From positions 768,001 to 832,000 of the forward strand of contig CAWFFN010000012.1 of assembly GCA_963815115.1 (NCBI GenBank): 64,000 nucleotides of DNA. The letters are read 5' to 3'. The first letter of the stretch is position 1, and every line of letters begins with the position of its first letter. This document shows positions 8,858 to 16,886 of the stretch, piece by piece. A program made the position numbers and the translations under genes. The notes beneath the pieces were generated by a model. That model saw only the letters and a list, made by a program, of their open reading frames with translations. It had not been told where the DNA came from and searched no databases. Origin of the DNA: an uncultured delta proteobacterium. Its GTDB lineage: Bacteria > Desulfobacterota > Binatia > DP-6.

Positions 8858-11470
8858 GTGCTGCGCCGCTTCGTCGCCTACCGCGTGCTCCGCATCGCCG
8901 CCGTCGCGGTGCCGGCGATCGTGCGCTACCGCTGGCTCGATCTGCGCGAGCGACTCGGGCGGCCTGCACCGCCCGAGGCCTGGGAGCGGGTGCACGACCA
9001 CGTCGCGCTCGGACTGCACGACCTGGGCGTCCATCTTGCCGGGCTCTTCGTGAAGCTCTGCCAGGTGGTGGGCGCCCGCGCGGACAACTTTCCCGCTCCC
9101 TTCATCCGCCGGCTCGGGCGGTTCCACGACGCCGTCCCGCCGCGTTCCTTCTCCGAGATGCGGCGGCAGATCGAGCGCGAGCTGGGTCGGCCCCTCGAGG
9201 AGGTCTTCCTCGACGTCGACGAGGCGCCGCTGGCGGCCGCCTCGCTGGCCCAGGTGCACCGCGCCACGCTGCTGGACGGCACCCCGGTCGCGATCAAGGT
9301 GCAGTACCCGGAGATCGCGCACCTCGCGCGTGTCGATCTGGCCAGCCTGCGCCTGGTCGGCCGCGCCGCCGGAAGCCTGCTGCGCGTCTTCGACCTGCGC
9401 AGCATCATCGACGAGATCGCCGAGTTCGTCGCGCTCGAGCTCGACTTCGCCCGCGAGGGCGACACGACGGAGCGCATCCGCGCGGCCCTGGCGGACGACC
9501 CGACGGTGCGCGTGCCGCGCGTCCACCGCCGCTACACCACGGGCAAGCTCCTGGTCCTCGAGTATCTCGACGGCATCAAGGTGACCGACCTCGACCGGCT
9601 CCGGGCGGCGGGCCACGACCTGGCCGAGGTCGCGCGCCGCATCGGGCGCCTCTATGCGCGCATGATCTTCGAGCAGGGCTTCTTTCAGGGCGACCCGCAC
9701 CCCGGGAACCTCCTCGTGCTCCCGGGCACCGTCATCGGGCTGCTCGACTTCGGCCTGGCCAAGGAGCTGCCCCCCGGCTTCGGCACCGCGGTCGGCGAGC
9801 TCGTCACCCGCGGCCTCGCGGGTGACGCCGGCGGAGCGCTCGCCGCCGCACGGCGCGCCGGCTTCGTCGTGCCCGACGATCAGGCGACGGCGCTGCCGGG
9901 GCTCGTGCTGGTGCTCCTCGGCGACCGTGACGAGCAGGCCAACGCGGCGGCGCTCATCGCCCAGACGCCGGTCACGCGAGTGCCGAGCCATTTCGGCCTC
10001 ATCGCTCGCGTCATCCTGCTGCTGAACGGCCTCTCGCACCGCCTCGCCCCCGGCCAGCTCCTGGTGCAGCGCGCCCTGGTCGAGGCGATCGCCGAGCAGT
10101 CGCCCGGGCCGGGCGCGCAGCCCGCAGCCGGCGACGGACTCCCGCCCGGTCCCGACGGACCACCCCTGCTCCAGGTCCTGCGCTGGCTGCAGTGGCCCCT
10201 GCCGCTGCTCGACGAATGCGCCCGCCGCTTCGGCGACACCTTCACGCTCCGCCTCCCCGGCAGCTCACCCGTCGTCTTCTTCTCCCACCCCGACGCCATC
10301 CGCGCCATCTTCACCGGCGACGAGGAGGATCTGCGCGCCGGCGAGGCCAACGCCACCCGTCTCGAGTCGATCCTCGGGAAGCATTCGCTCCTCCTGCTCG
10401 ACGGTCAGGAGCATCTGCGCGAACGCCGGATGCTACAGCCGCCCTTCCACGGCGATCGCATGGAGGCCTACGGGACGGTGATGCGCGACATCGCTGCCCG
10501 CGCCGTCGACGCCTGGCCCGCCCGGCGTCCATTCCCGATCCATCCGGAGATGCAGGGCGTCACCCTCGACGTCATCCTGCGCACCGTCTTCGGGCTCGAC
10601 GAGGGTCCCGCCAAGCGCGAGCTGCGGGGGGCGCTGATCGAGCTCCTCGGCATGGGCGCGAATCCGCAGCTCCTGCTTGCCGCTGCGCAATCGAACGGGA
10701 ACCCGGCGGGAGCGGCGGCCCGGCTCCTGGCAGTTCGCACGCGCGTCGACGAATTGCTCTTCGGCGAGATCGCGACGCGCCGGCGGGCCGACGTCGCCGG
10801 CCGCAGCGACGTCCTCTCGCTCCTCGTCCAGGCGCGCGACGAGGACGGCCGCCTCCTCGACGATCAGGCCCTGCGCGACGAGCTGGTGACGATTCTCCTC
10901 GCGGGTCACGAGACCACGGCGACGGCGCTGGCGTGGGCCGTGAGCCATGTCCTCGCGCACCCCGACGTGCGCCGGCGGTTGCACGACGAGCTGCGCGGCG
11001 CCGGTCCCGCTCCGCTCGATCCGCAGCGCGTCACCCGCCTCGAGTACCTCGACGCGGTGTGCCGCGAGACCCTCCGCCTGACGCCCATCCTGCCGATCGT
11101 GGGCCGCCGGCTGACCCGGCCGATGCGCCTGGGAGGCGTCGACCTGCCTGCCGGGGCGGTGGCGGCTCCGTGCATCTATCTGGCCCACCGCCGCGTCGAG
11201 CGCTGGCCGGAGCCCGAGCGCTTCCGGCCCGAGCGCTTCCTCGAGAGCAAGCCCACGCCGTACGAGTTCTTCCCCTTCGGCGGCGGCGTGCGCCGCTGCC
11301 TCGGCATGGCGTTCGCGCTCGCCGAGATGAAGATCGTCCTCGCCGAGGTGCTCACCCGGGTCGAGCTCACGGCAGCGCCCGGCTACCAGGTCCGGGTGGT
11401 TCGCCGCAGCGTCACCCTGGCGCCGTCGGAGGGCATGCCGGTCGTGGTCGAGCGTCGGGCGGCTGCCTGA
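8858..11470 (+). CDS. UbiB/ABC1 (AarF) atypical kinase - cytochrome P450 fusion
   Basis: Kinase half: KLCQ, AAASLAQVHRA, VAIKVQYP, ELDF.REG, GDPHPGN, LLDFG. P450 half: LPPGP, AGHETT, ETLR, PERF, FGGGVRRCLG. Confidence 0.92.
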   Translation: MLRRFVAYRVLRIAAVAVPAIVRYRWLDLRERLGRPAPPEAWERVHDHVALGLHDLGVHLAGLFVKLCQVVGARADNFPAPFIRRLGRFHDAVPPRSFSEMRRQIERELGRPLEEVFLDVDEAPLAAASLAQVHRATLLDGTPVAIKVQYPEIAHLARVDLASLRLVGRAAGSLLRVFDLRSIIDEIAEFVALELDFAREGDTTERIRAALADDPTVRVPRVHRRYTTGKLLVLEYLDGIKVTDLDRLRAAGHDLAEVARRIGRLYARMIFEQGFFQGDPHPGNLLVLPGTVIGLLDFGLAKELPPGFGTAVGELVTRGLAGDAGGALAAARRAGFVVPDDQATALPGLVLVLLGDRDEQANAAALIAQTPVTRVPSHFGLIARVILLLNGLSHRLAPGQLLVQRALVEAIAEQSPGPGAQPAAGDGLPPGPDGPPLLQVLRWLQWPLPLLDECARRFGDTFTLRLPGSSPVVFFSHPDAIRAIFTGDEEDLRAGEANATRLESILGKHSLLLLDGQEHLRERRMLQPPFHGDRMEAYGTVMRDIAARAVDAWPARRPFPIHPEMQGVTLDVILRTVFGLDEGPAKRELRGALIELLGMGANPQLLLAAAQSNGNPAGAAARLLAVRTRVDELLFGEIATRRRADVAGRSDVLSLLVQARDEDGRLLDDQALRDELVTILLAGHETTATALAWAVSHVLAHPDVRRRLHDELRGAGPAPLDPQRVTRLEYLDAVCRETLRLTPILPIVGRRLTRPMRLGGVDLPAGAVAAPCIYLAHRRVERWPEPERFRPERFLESKPTPYEFFPFGGGVRRCLGMAFALAEMKIVLAEVLTRVELTAAPGYQVRVVRRSVTLAPSEGMPVVVERRAAA

Positions 11471-11573
11471 GCGCGGGCTGCCCTGGTCGGCTGATCGAGG
11501 CGCCCCGGGAGGCCCGGATGGGTCACCAAAATAGATGTTGTAAGTGCAGTCCAACCCGGAGTAGTACGGCCCG

Positions 11574-11587
11574 ACTGACATGTCAGT
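11574..11587. promoter_or_regulatory. Perfect 14-bp palindrome ACTGACATGTCAGT, possible operator
   Basis: Lies in the AT-richer intergenic region upstream of the 11726 gene. Confidence 0.45.
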
Positions 11588-11671
11588 ATTGGATGTCAGG
11601 CGAGCGCGGTGCGGACCGCGTGAGAGCCGAAACCCATGCCCAGACCCGGAGCGCCCGCTCCGGGCATCGCC

Positions 11672-11709
11672 GACGGATGCCTAGCCAACAGACGGATGCC
11701 TAGCCAACA
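11672..11709 (+). repeat. Perfect 19-bp tandem duplication (GACGGATGCCTAGCCAACA x2)
   Basis: Copies at 11672-11690 and 11691-11709, directly before the AAGGAGG RBS. Confidence 0.9.
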
Positions 11710-11725
11710 AAGGAGGGGGTTCAAC

Positions 11726-13903
11726 ATGAGACTGTCTGCTTTCGCGAGCGTCTTGGTCCTCGCCGCACTCGTCAGAGGTGCCGCTGCACAGGTCGTCCCG
11801 CCACCATTGACCGCCACCGTGGTCAACTTCGACGACATGGTGGCCAGTGATACCTGCATGCCCAACGGGCCCATCACCAACGAGTACGCGGGGCTCGGTC
11901 TGATCTTCAGCGGCTTCGGGCTGAGTGGCGGCGCCCTCATCAACGGAAATTGCAACTACGGCAACAACGGCATGGCGGTGTCGCCGCCGAACCTCATGGG
12001 CTTCGCCACCATCATCAACTACCCGAACGGCGGCGCCGAGATATCTCCCGAGACCCTCACCTTCTACCCGCCGATCACCTACCTGCAGTTGGACACCTTC
12101 ACTTTCTCCGACATCTGCGAAGGGACCAACATGTTCTTCGCCAACGCATTCGCGGAGGACGGCACACCGGTCGGCAATATCTCTTTCGTGAACGGCGACC
12201 CCAGGACGGTACAATTCACGTTCTCGCCGACGCCCGCGCAGAAGGTGGTCATCACCAGCAACAAGACATGCGGAAATTCGTTCCTCAAGGGCGTCGAGAC
12301 GTTCACCCTCGACAACATCGCCTGGATTTCCGTGCCGGCCGCCGCGAGCAAGTGCGCGCAGGGCGAGATCGACGCCGCCGGCAAGAAGGCCAAGGCCATC
12401 GCGACCTGCTACTCCAAGGCGCTCCAGAAGGGCCTCGAGGTCGATCAGAGCTGCATCCAGAAGGCCGTCAACACCTTCAACAGCAGCGTCGCCAAGTCGC
12501 AGGACAAGGGCGATTGCCTGGTCGGTGGCCGCCATGGTGACAACCAGGACGTGAGCCAGCTCGAGGCCGCCGTCGACAACCTGATCGCGAGCAGCCTCCA
12601 GATGGTGACCGGCGGGCAGCCGGGACCCAGCATCTGCTTCGGCAAGAAGCTCGCCTCGATCGGCAAGAAGGCGCAGTCCTTCACGAGCTGCTGGTCCAAG
12701 GCGGCAAAGAGCGGGACGAACCCGGACGAGGCATGCGCCCAGAAGGCCGCGAGCTCGTTCAACGGGTCGCTCAAGACGTGCGGCACTCCGACCCAGCTCG
12801 CCCCGCTCGAGTTCCTGATCGACCAGTTCGGGAATGCCGTCTCCCGGAGCATCCAGGTGCCGACGACCACGACGACCACGACGACCACGAGCACCACCAC
12901 CACCACCCAGCCGCCGCCGCTGGGCGACCACCTGAGCTTCACGACCACGCCGGGCACCGCCAACTGCACGATCGCGCCGACGGATGACCCGATGACGTCG
13001 TTGCCGGCCCCGCCGTTCTCGGGCGAGCTCGACTCCGACACGGCCGGCACCACCAAGATCGCCGATCTCGGCCTGGGCTGCCTCTACATCGGCGGCGGGA
13101 TCGCCACCGTCGCGCCGTCGCAGATTCCGGAGAATGCGACCTCGATCTTCAACACCACCGATGGGATCAACCTGACGGCGAGCCTCGGCACGAGCCGGGA
13201 GGATTGCACGACGGGACCGCAGCCGACCCTGCACTGCGTCAACAATGGCGCCGTCGAGTGCACGAGCGACGCCGACTGCGCCAACACGCCCGGCGGCTGC
13301 GCGCCCGATGCCACCTGCTTCTTCGGTCCCCCGATCCCGGTCAACGGCTTCCCGCCGACCTGCGTCATCAACGTCTTCGCGGCCGACGGGAGCGGGACGC
13401 TGGACATCCCCACCGGCCAGTCGAGCGTCAGCATCAACCTCGGCTCGCGCGTCTACCTCGCGCCGTTGTTCAGCGGCATGACCTGCCCGTCGTGCAGCGG
13501 TGGCTTCTGCGACAGTGGACAGAACGCCGGACAGCCGTGCTCGACGGCGAACAGCGCCAACACCAGTCTCGAGTGCCCGCCGTTCGACTCGCAGTTCATC
13601 TCCACCCTGCCCGTCGACCTGACCCCGCTCAGCAGCGGGACGACCACGGTCACCGCAGCCGATGGCATCTTCTGCTCTGGGCAGATCAATGCGGGCGCAT
13701 TCGGTCAGGCGGCGACGCAGGCAATCACCCAGGTGGGCTCGCCATCCGGAGATCTGTCGGACGGCCTGCCCCATGCCGGCGTCCTGGTCAGCGACTTCTG
13801 CATCCCGGCGACGGGCAACGTCGCCCTCGACGGGATCGCCGACCTGCCCGGTCCGGGCTCGCTCAGCCTGCCGGGGAACGCGACGTTCGTCACCGTACCG
13901 TAG
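11726..13903 (+). CDS. Exported multidomain Cys-rich protein (beta domain, paired Lys/Cys helical module, Thr linker, Cys-rich C-terminal domain)
   Basis: AAGGAGG RBS, signal peptide MRLSAF...AAA-Q, poly-Thr linker, strong GC3 codon bias. Confidence 0.85.
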   Translation: MRLSAFASVLVLAALVRGAAAQVVPPPLTATVVNFDDMVASDTCMPNGPITNEYAGLGLIFSGFGLSGGALINGNCNYGNNGMAVSPPNLMGFATIINYPNGGAEISPETLTFYPPITYLQLDTFTFSDICEGTNMFFANAFAEDGTPVGNISFVNGDPRTVQFTFSPTPAQKVVITSNKTCGNSFLKGVETFTLDNIAWISVPAAASKCAQGEIDAAGKKAKAIATCYSKALQKGLEVDQSCIQKAVNTFNSSVAKSQDKGDCLVGGRHGDNQDVSQLEAAVDNLIASSLQMVTGGQPGPSICFGKKLASIGKKAQSFTSCWSKAAKSGTNPDEACAQKAASSFNGSLKTCGTPTQLAPLEFLIDQFGNAVSRSIQVPTTTTTTTTTSTTTTTQPPPLGDHLSFTTTPGTANCTIAPTDDPMTSLPAPPFSGELDSDTAGTTKIADLGLGCLYIGGGIATVAPSQIPENATSIFNTTDGINLTASLGTSREDCTTGPQPTLHCVNNGAVECTSDADCANTPGGCAPDATCFFGPPIPVNGFPPTCVINVFAADGSGTLDIPTGQSSVSINLGSRVYLAPLFSGMTCPSCSGGFCDSGQNAGQPCSTANSANTSLECPPFDSQFISTLPVDLTPLSSGTTTVTAADGIFCSGQINAGAFGQAATQAITQVGSPSGDLSDGLPHAGVLVSDFCIPATGNVALDGIADLPGPGSLSLPGNATFVTVP

Positions 13904-13924
13904 TTTCGATCCGACGTGAGCAAC

Positions 13925-13958
13925 GCCCGGCGCCGGCCCGTGTGGGCCGGCGCCGGGC
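13925..13958. terminator. 15-bp GC-rich stem-loop after the 11726 gene
   Basis: GCCCGGCGCCGGCCC-GTGT-GGGCCGGCGCCGGGC between convergent genes; no U-tract. Confidence 0.55.
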
Positions 13959-14229
13959 CGCACTTCCCTCGGTGCGATACGAGACTGGCGGACAGCGCGT
14001 CGCCAGGATCGCCGCGGCGGAGCCGGCCGCTAGCGCGGCAGCGACGCGGAGTGGCGCCGTCCGGACGGGGCGGGCGGCGCCCCTCCCTCATCGGGGATCC
14101 GCGATGCACCCTGCCACGTCGTGGCCGGCTGCAGGATCCAGCGGAGCACGCGCCCCCAGAACGATCTGGGGGCGCGTGGTGGCCGGCGGAAGCGGATCAC
14201 CCTGGCAGGCATCCCGAGACGATTTCGTA

Positions 14230-15915
14230 TCAGGCTTCCGCCGCGACGACCATGTCTTCCGGATACGCCGGCATCCCGAACTCCGGCACGTCGAGCCCCT
14301 CGAGCTCGATCGCGGCCGAGACCCGCAGGCTCCGTACCGCGTTCACGATCTTGAAGACGACGAACGTGGCGCCGAACGCCCACGCCGCACACAGGGTGGC
14401 GCCGATCAGCTGGCAGAGGAACTGGCTCGTGTCGCCATGGAGCAGCCCGGTGACACCCTGCCCGGCGGTCCCGAGATAGCTCGTGGCGCCGACGCCGTTC
14501 CAGCCCGCGCCGTAGGTGCCGTCGGCGAAGATGCCGAGGGCCACCGCGCCGAACCAGCCGCAGTAGCCGTGGACCGAGATCGCGCCGCAGGGATCATCCA
14601 CGTGGATCACGCGCTCGTTGAAGAGGACTCCGCCACAGACGATCATCCCCGCCAGGATGCCGATCACCACGGCGGCATTGGCGCCGACGAACGCGCAGGG
14701 TGCCGTGATCGCGACCAGCCCGGCGAGCATGCCGTTGCAGGCCATCGAGATGTCGGGCTTGCCGAACATGAAATACCACACCGTCATCGCCGAGGCCGCG
14801 CCGGCGACCGCCGCCAGGTTCGTGTTGATCGCGATCACCGAGATGCGGAGATCGGTCGCGCCGAGGGTCGAGCCCGGGTTGAAGCCCATCCAGCCGAACA
14901 GCAGGATGAAGGTGCCCGTGACGACGAAGACGACGTTGTGGGCCGGGAAGGCACGCGGCTTCCCGTCCGCGGAGTACTTGCCTATCCGCGGTCCGAGGAT
15001 GATCGCGAGCGCCATGGCGGCGAACCCGCCGACGGCGTGGACGACCGTGGAGCCGGCGAAGTCGCAGTAGCCGTGGCCGAGGCCGAGCGTGGTACCCCAC
15101 TGCGACATCCATCCACCGCCCCAGACCCAGCAGCCGAAGATCGGGTAGAGGATCGCGCCCATGAAGATTTCGGTCAGCAGGAAGGCACCGAAGGTGATGC
15201 GCTCGCAGATGGCGCCGACGATGATGTACCCGGCGGTCTCCATGAAGACGACCTCGAACATGGCGAGGACGTTGACGCCGGCGTCGTACCCGGTGCCGCT
15301 CAGGAAGAAGCCGTGTCCGCCGAGGAAGCCCCACGAGCCGCCACCCAGGAGCCACTGGTTGAGGGTCGGCGTCCCGCCGAGGTTGAGCGGCGCCGCGTTC
15401 ACGGCGACCGCGCCGAACTGGAAGGCGAAGCCGCACACGTAGTAGGCGAGGAAGGCGAAGACGTAGGCGGCGAAGTTGAGCATCATCAGGTGGCCCGCGT
15501 TCTTCTTCCGCACCAGGCCGCAGGTGAGGAGCGCGAATCCCGCCTGCATGAAGAGGACGAGGTAGCCGGTGTTGAGGGTCCAGGCGAAGTTCGTGGCGAG
15601 GCGAATGTGACCGACGGCATCGGCCAGCTTCGTCGCCAGCGGCTCCCGCTCCGCCTGCGCCTGGAACTCATCGAAATCCTTCTTCTTGGAGACGTAGTCC
15701 TCCGCCGTCTTGTCCGCGGGCTCGACGACGACGAAGGCCGTGCCTCCCGCGTCGTAGACGCTGGCCCGGTCTCCCGTTGCGATGCCGGCGGGATCGGGCT
15801 TCGGCTCATCGTCCGCGCGGCAGACGCCGCCATGGCCGGCAATCACCATCGCGACGACGGCCGCCAGGATCGCCTGCGCGCGGCGACGCCCGGTTCCGAG
15901 CAAGGGTTCCACCAT
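14230..15915 (-). CDS. amtB: Ammonium transporter
   Basis: FMQAGFA, DFAGSTVVH..GG, LGPRIGKY, PAHN, LLFGWMGFNPGS, NGMLAGLVAITA, DDPCGAISVHG, ELEGLD; AAGGAG RBS. Confidence 0.96.
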   Translation of the reverse strand: MVEPLLGTGRRRAQAILAAVVAMVIAGHGGVCRADDEPKPDPAGIATGDRASVYDAGGTAFVVVEPADKTAEDYVSKKKDFDEFQAQAEREPLATKLADAVGHIRLATNFAWTLNTGYLVLFMQAGFALLTCGLVRKKNAGHLMMLNFAAYVFAFLAYYVCGFAFQFGAVAVNAAPLNLGGTPTLNQWLLGGGSWGFLGGHGFFLSGTGYDAGVNVLAMFEVVFMETAGYIIVGAICERITFGAFLLTEIFMGAILYPIFGCWVWGGGWMSQWGTTLGLGHGYCDFAGSTVVHAVGGFAAMALAIILGPRIGKYSADGKPRAFPAHNVVFVVTGTFILLFGWMGFNPGSTLGATDLRISVIAINTNLAAVAGAASAMTVWYFMFGKPDISMACNGMLAGLVAITAPCAFVGANAAVVIGILAGMIVCGGVLFNERVIHVDDPCGAISVHGYCGWFGAVALGIFADGTYGAGWNGVGATSYLGTAGQGVTGLLHGDTSQFLCQLIGATLCAAWAFGATFVVFKIVNAVRSLRVSAAIELEGLDVPEFGMPAYPEDMVVAAEA

Positions 15916-15956
15916 GGTCGTGTTCTCCTTTCGGACGCGGTGGTCCTGCGCCTCCT

Positions 15957-15972
15957 AGCAATGACGACACCA
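15957..15972 (-). promoter_or_regulatory. sigma54 (-24/-12) promoter of amtB
   Basis: TGGTGTCGTCATTGCT has GG-N10-GC and lies ~40 nt upstream of the amtB ATG. Confidence 0.7.
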
Positions 15973-16037
15973 CATGAACGCCGGCGCGGAGCGGAGTCGG
16001 CGATTTCTCGGGGTGACGGACGCCAGCCGTCGAATCG

Positions 16038-16075
16038 TGCTCGAAGATGAGGCGGCAGTGCTCCGCCGACGAGCA
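16038..16075. promoter_or_regulatory. Tandem NtrC-like enhancer sites
   Basis: TGCTC-N7-AGGCG (16038-16054) and TGCTC-N7-GAGCA (16059-16075), 21 bp apart; they resemble TGCAC-N7-GTGCA. Confidence 0.55.
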
Positions 16076-16339
16076 GAAAATCGTTGGTAGACTGGAAGCT
16101 AGTAGCGCGCGGCAGCTTGCGGAGTGCAGTTCCCGTCCCGCAGATCGTGGGGCGGGGTGCACCACGGCCCCCACGGCCATTGCAATCTGCATCGTCGCCG
16201 GCGGCGCCTCCGGCGAGTCGCCGGTCGACCGAGGGCGATCGGGAGCCGGATGACGCGCGCTCGCCCAGGCTGATGGCTCGGCCCCGGCCGGCCGTCGGTG
16301 CCGCCTCGCCCCGGGGGGCCGGCCACCCGGCTCTTGCAG

Positions 16340-16597
16340 TCAGCGTCCGCTACGGAGCGGCCGATTGCCCCCCGGCGCGGCCGCGTCGAGGCGGGCGTCG
16401 CGCTCCGCCAGCACGGCTGCGATGCGTTCGACCAGCTCGTCGACGGCGTCGCCCCTCGCGATGAAGGACGTCTCGAGCCAGCCGTCGACCAGCCGACGTG
16501 CCTCGACGGCCTGGGCCGAGGGCGGTGCAGGCGGCGGCGTCGGCTCGGAGGTGACGCGGGTGGATCCTCTGCGAACGAGCTCCAATCGTGCGAGCAT
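16340..16597 (-). CDS. Hypothetical protein (85 aa)
   Basis: GGGGAG RBS; helical C-terminal part (ARRLVDGWLETSFIARGDAVDELVERIAAVL). Confidence 0.55.
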   Translation of the reverse strand: MLARLELVRRGSTRVTSEPTPPPAPPSAQAVEARRLVDGWLETSFIARGDAVDELVERIAAVLAERDARLDAAAPGGNRPLRSGR

Positions 16598-16886
16598 CAG
16601 GTCACTCCCCTGTGCGGACCATCGCGGCGTTTCGCCCGCCGGGCAGCGGCGGGAGCTCCGGAACCGGCGTCGCGTTGCGCTTGGTCGTGTCCGGAGACCC
16701 GAGATCGCGCCCAGCAATACGCCGGGAAACCCCACACCGGATGGCGTGAGCACCGTCCGGTCAGGTCGTCGCCCCGGGCGGGTCGAGGGGCGGCGCAATG
16801 CATCATTTGCCTTGGCAAGCGCTGGGTTAGGCCAGGTTCATGAAACTGTTGCCAAAACTGCGCTTGGCCATGTTAAGTCGCCCGCC

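Noticed and set aside
11672-11709. 19-bp duplication as a mini-CRISPR, att site or target-site duplication
   Set aside because: Only two abutting copies, no spacer, and no integrase or transposase nearby.
13960-14229. ncRNA or REP element in the 270-bp convergent intergenic region
   Set aside because: Only short GC stems, no recognisable RNA family, and no second copy noticed in the window.
13204-16050. 948-aa plus-strand ORF, and many similar long Arg/Ala/Pro-rich ORFs (e.g. 2808-5024, 30390-32894, 31061-33745, 41849-44476, 48200-50893)
   Set aside because: They overlap genes with clear family motifs in another frame or strand and have no motifs of their own. Such shadow ORFs are expected in high-GC DNA.
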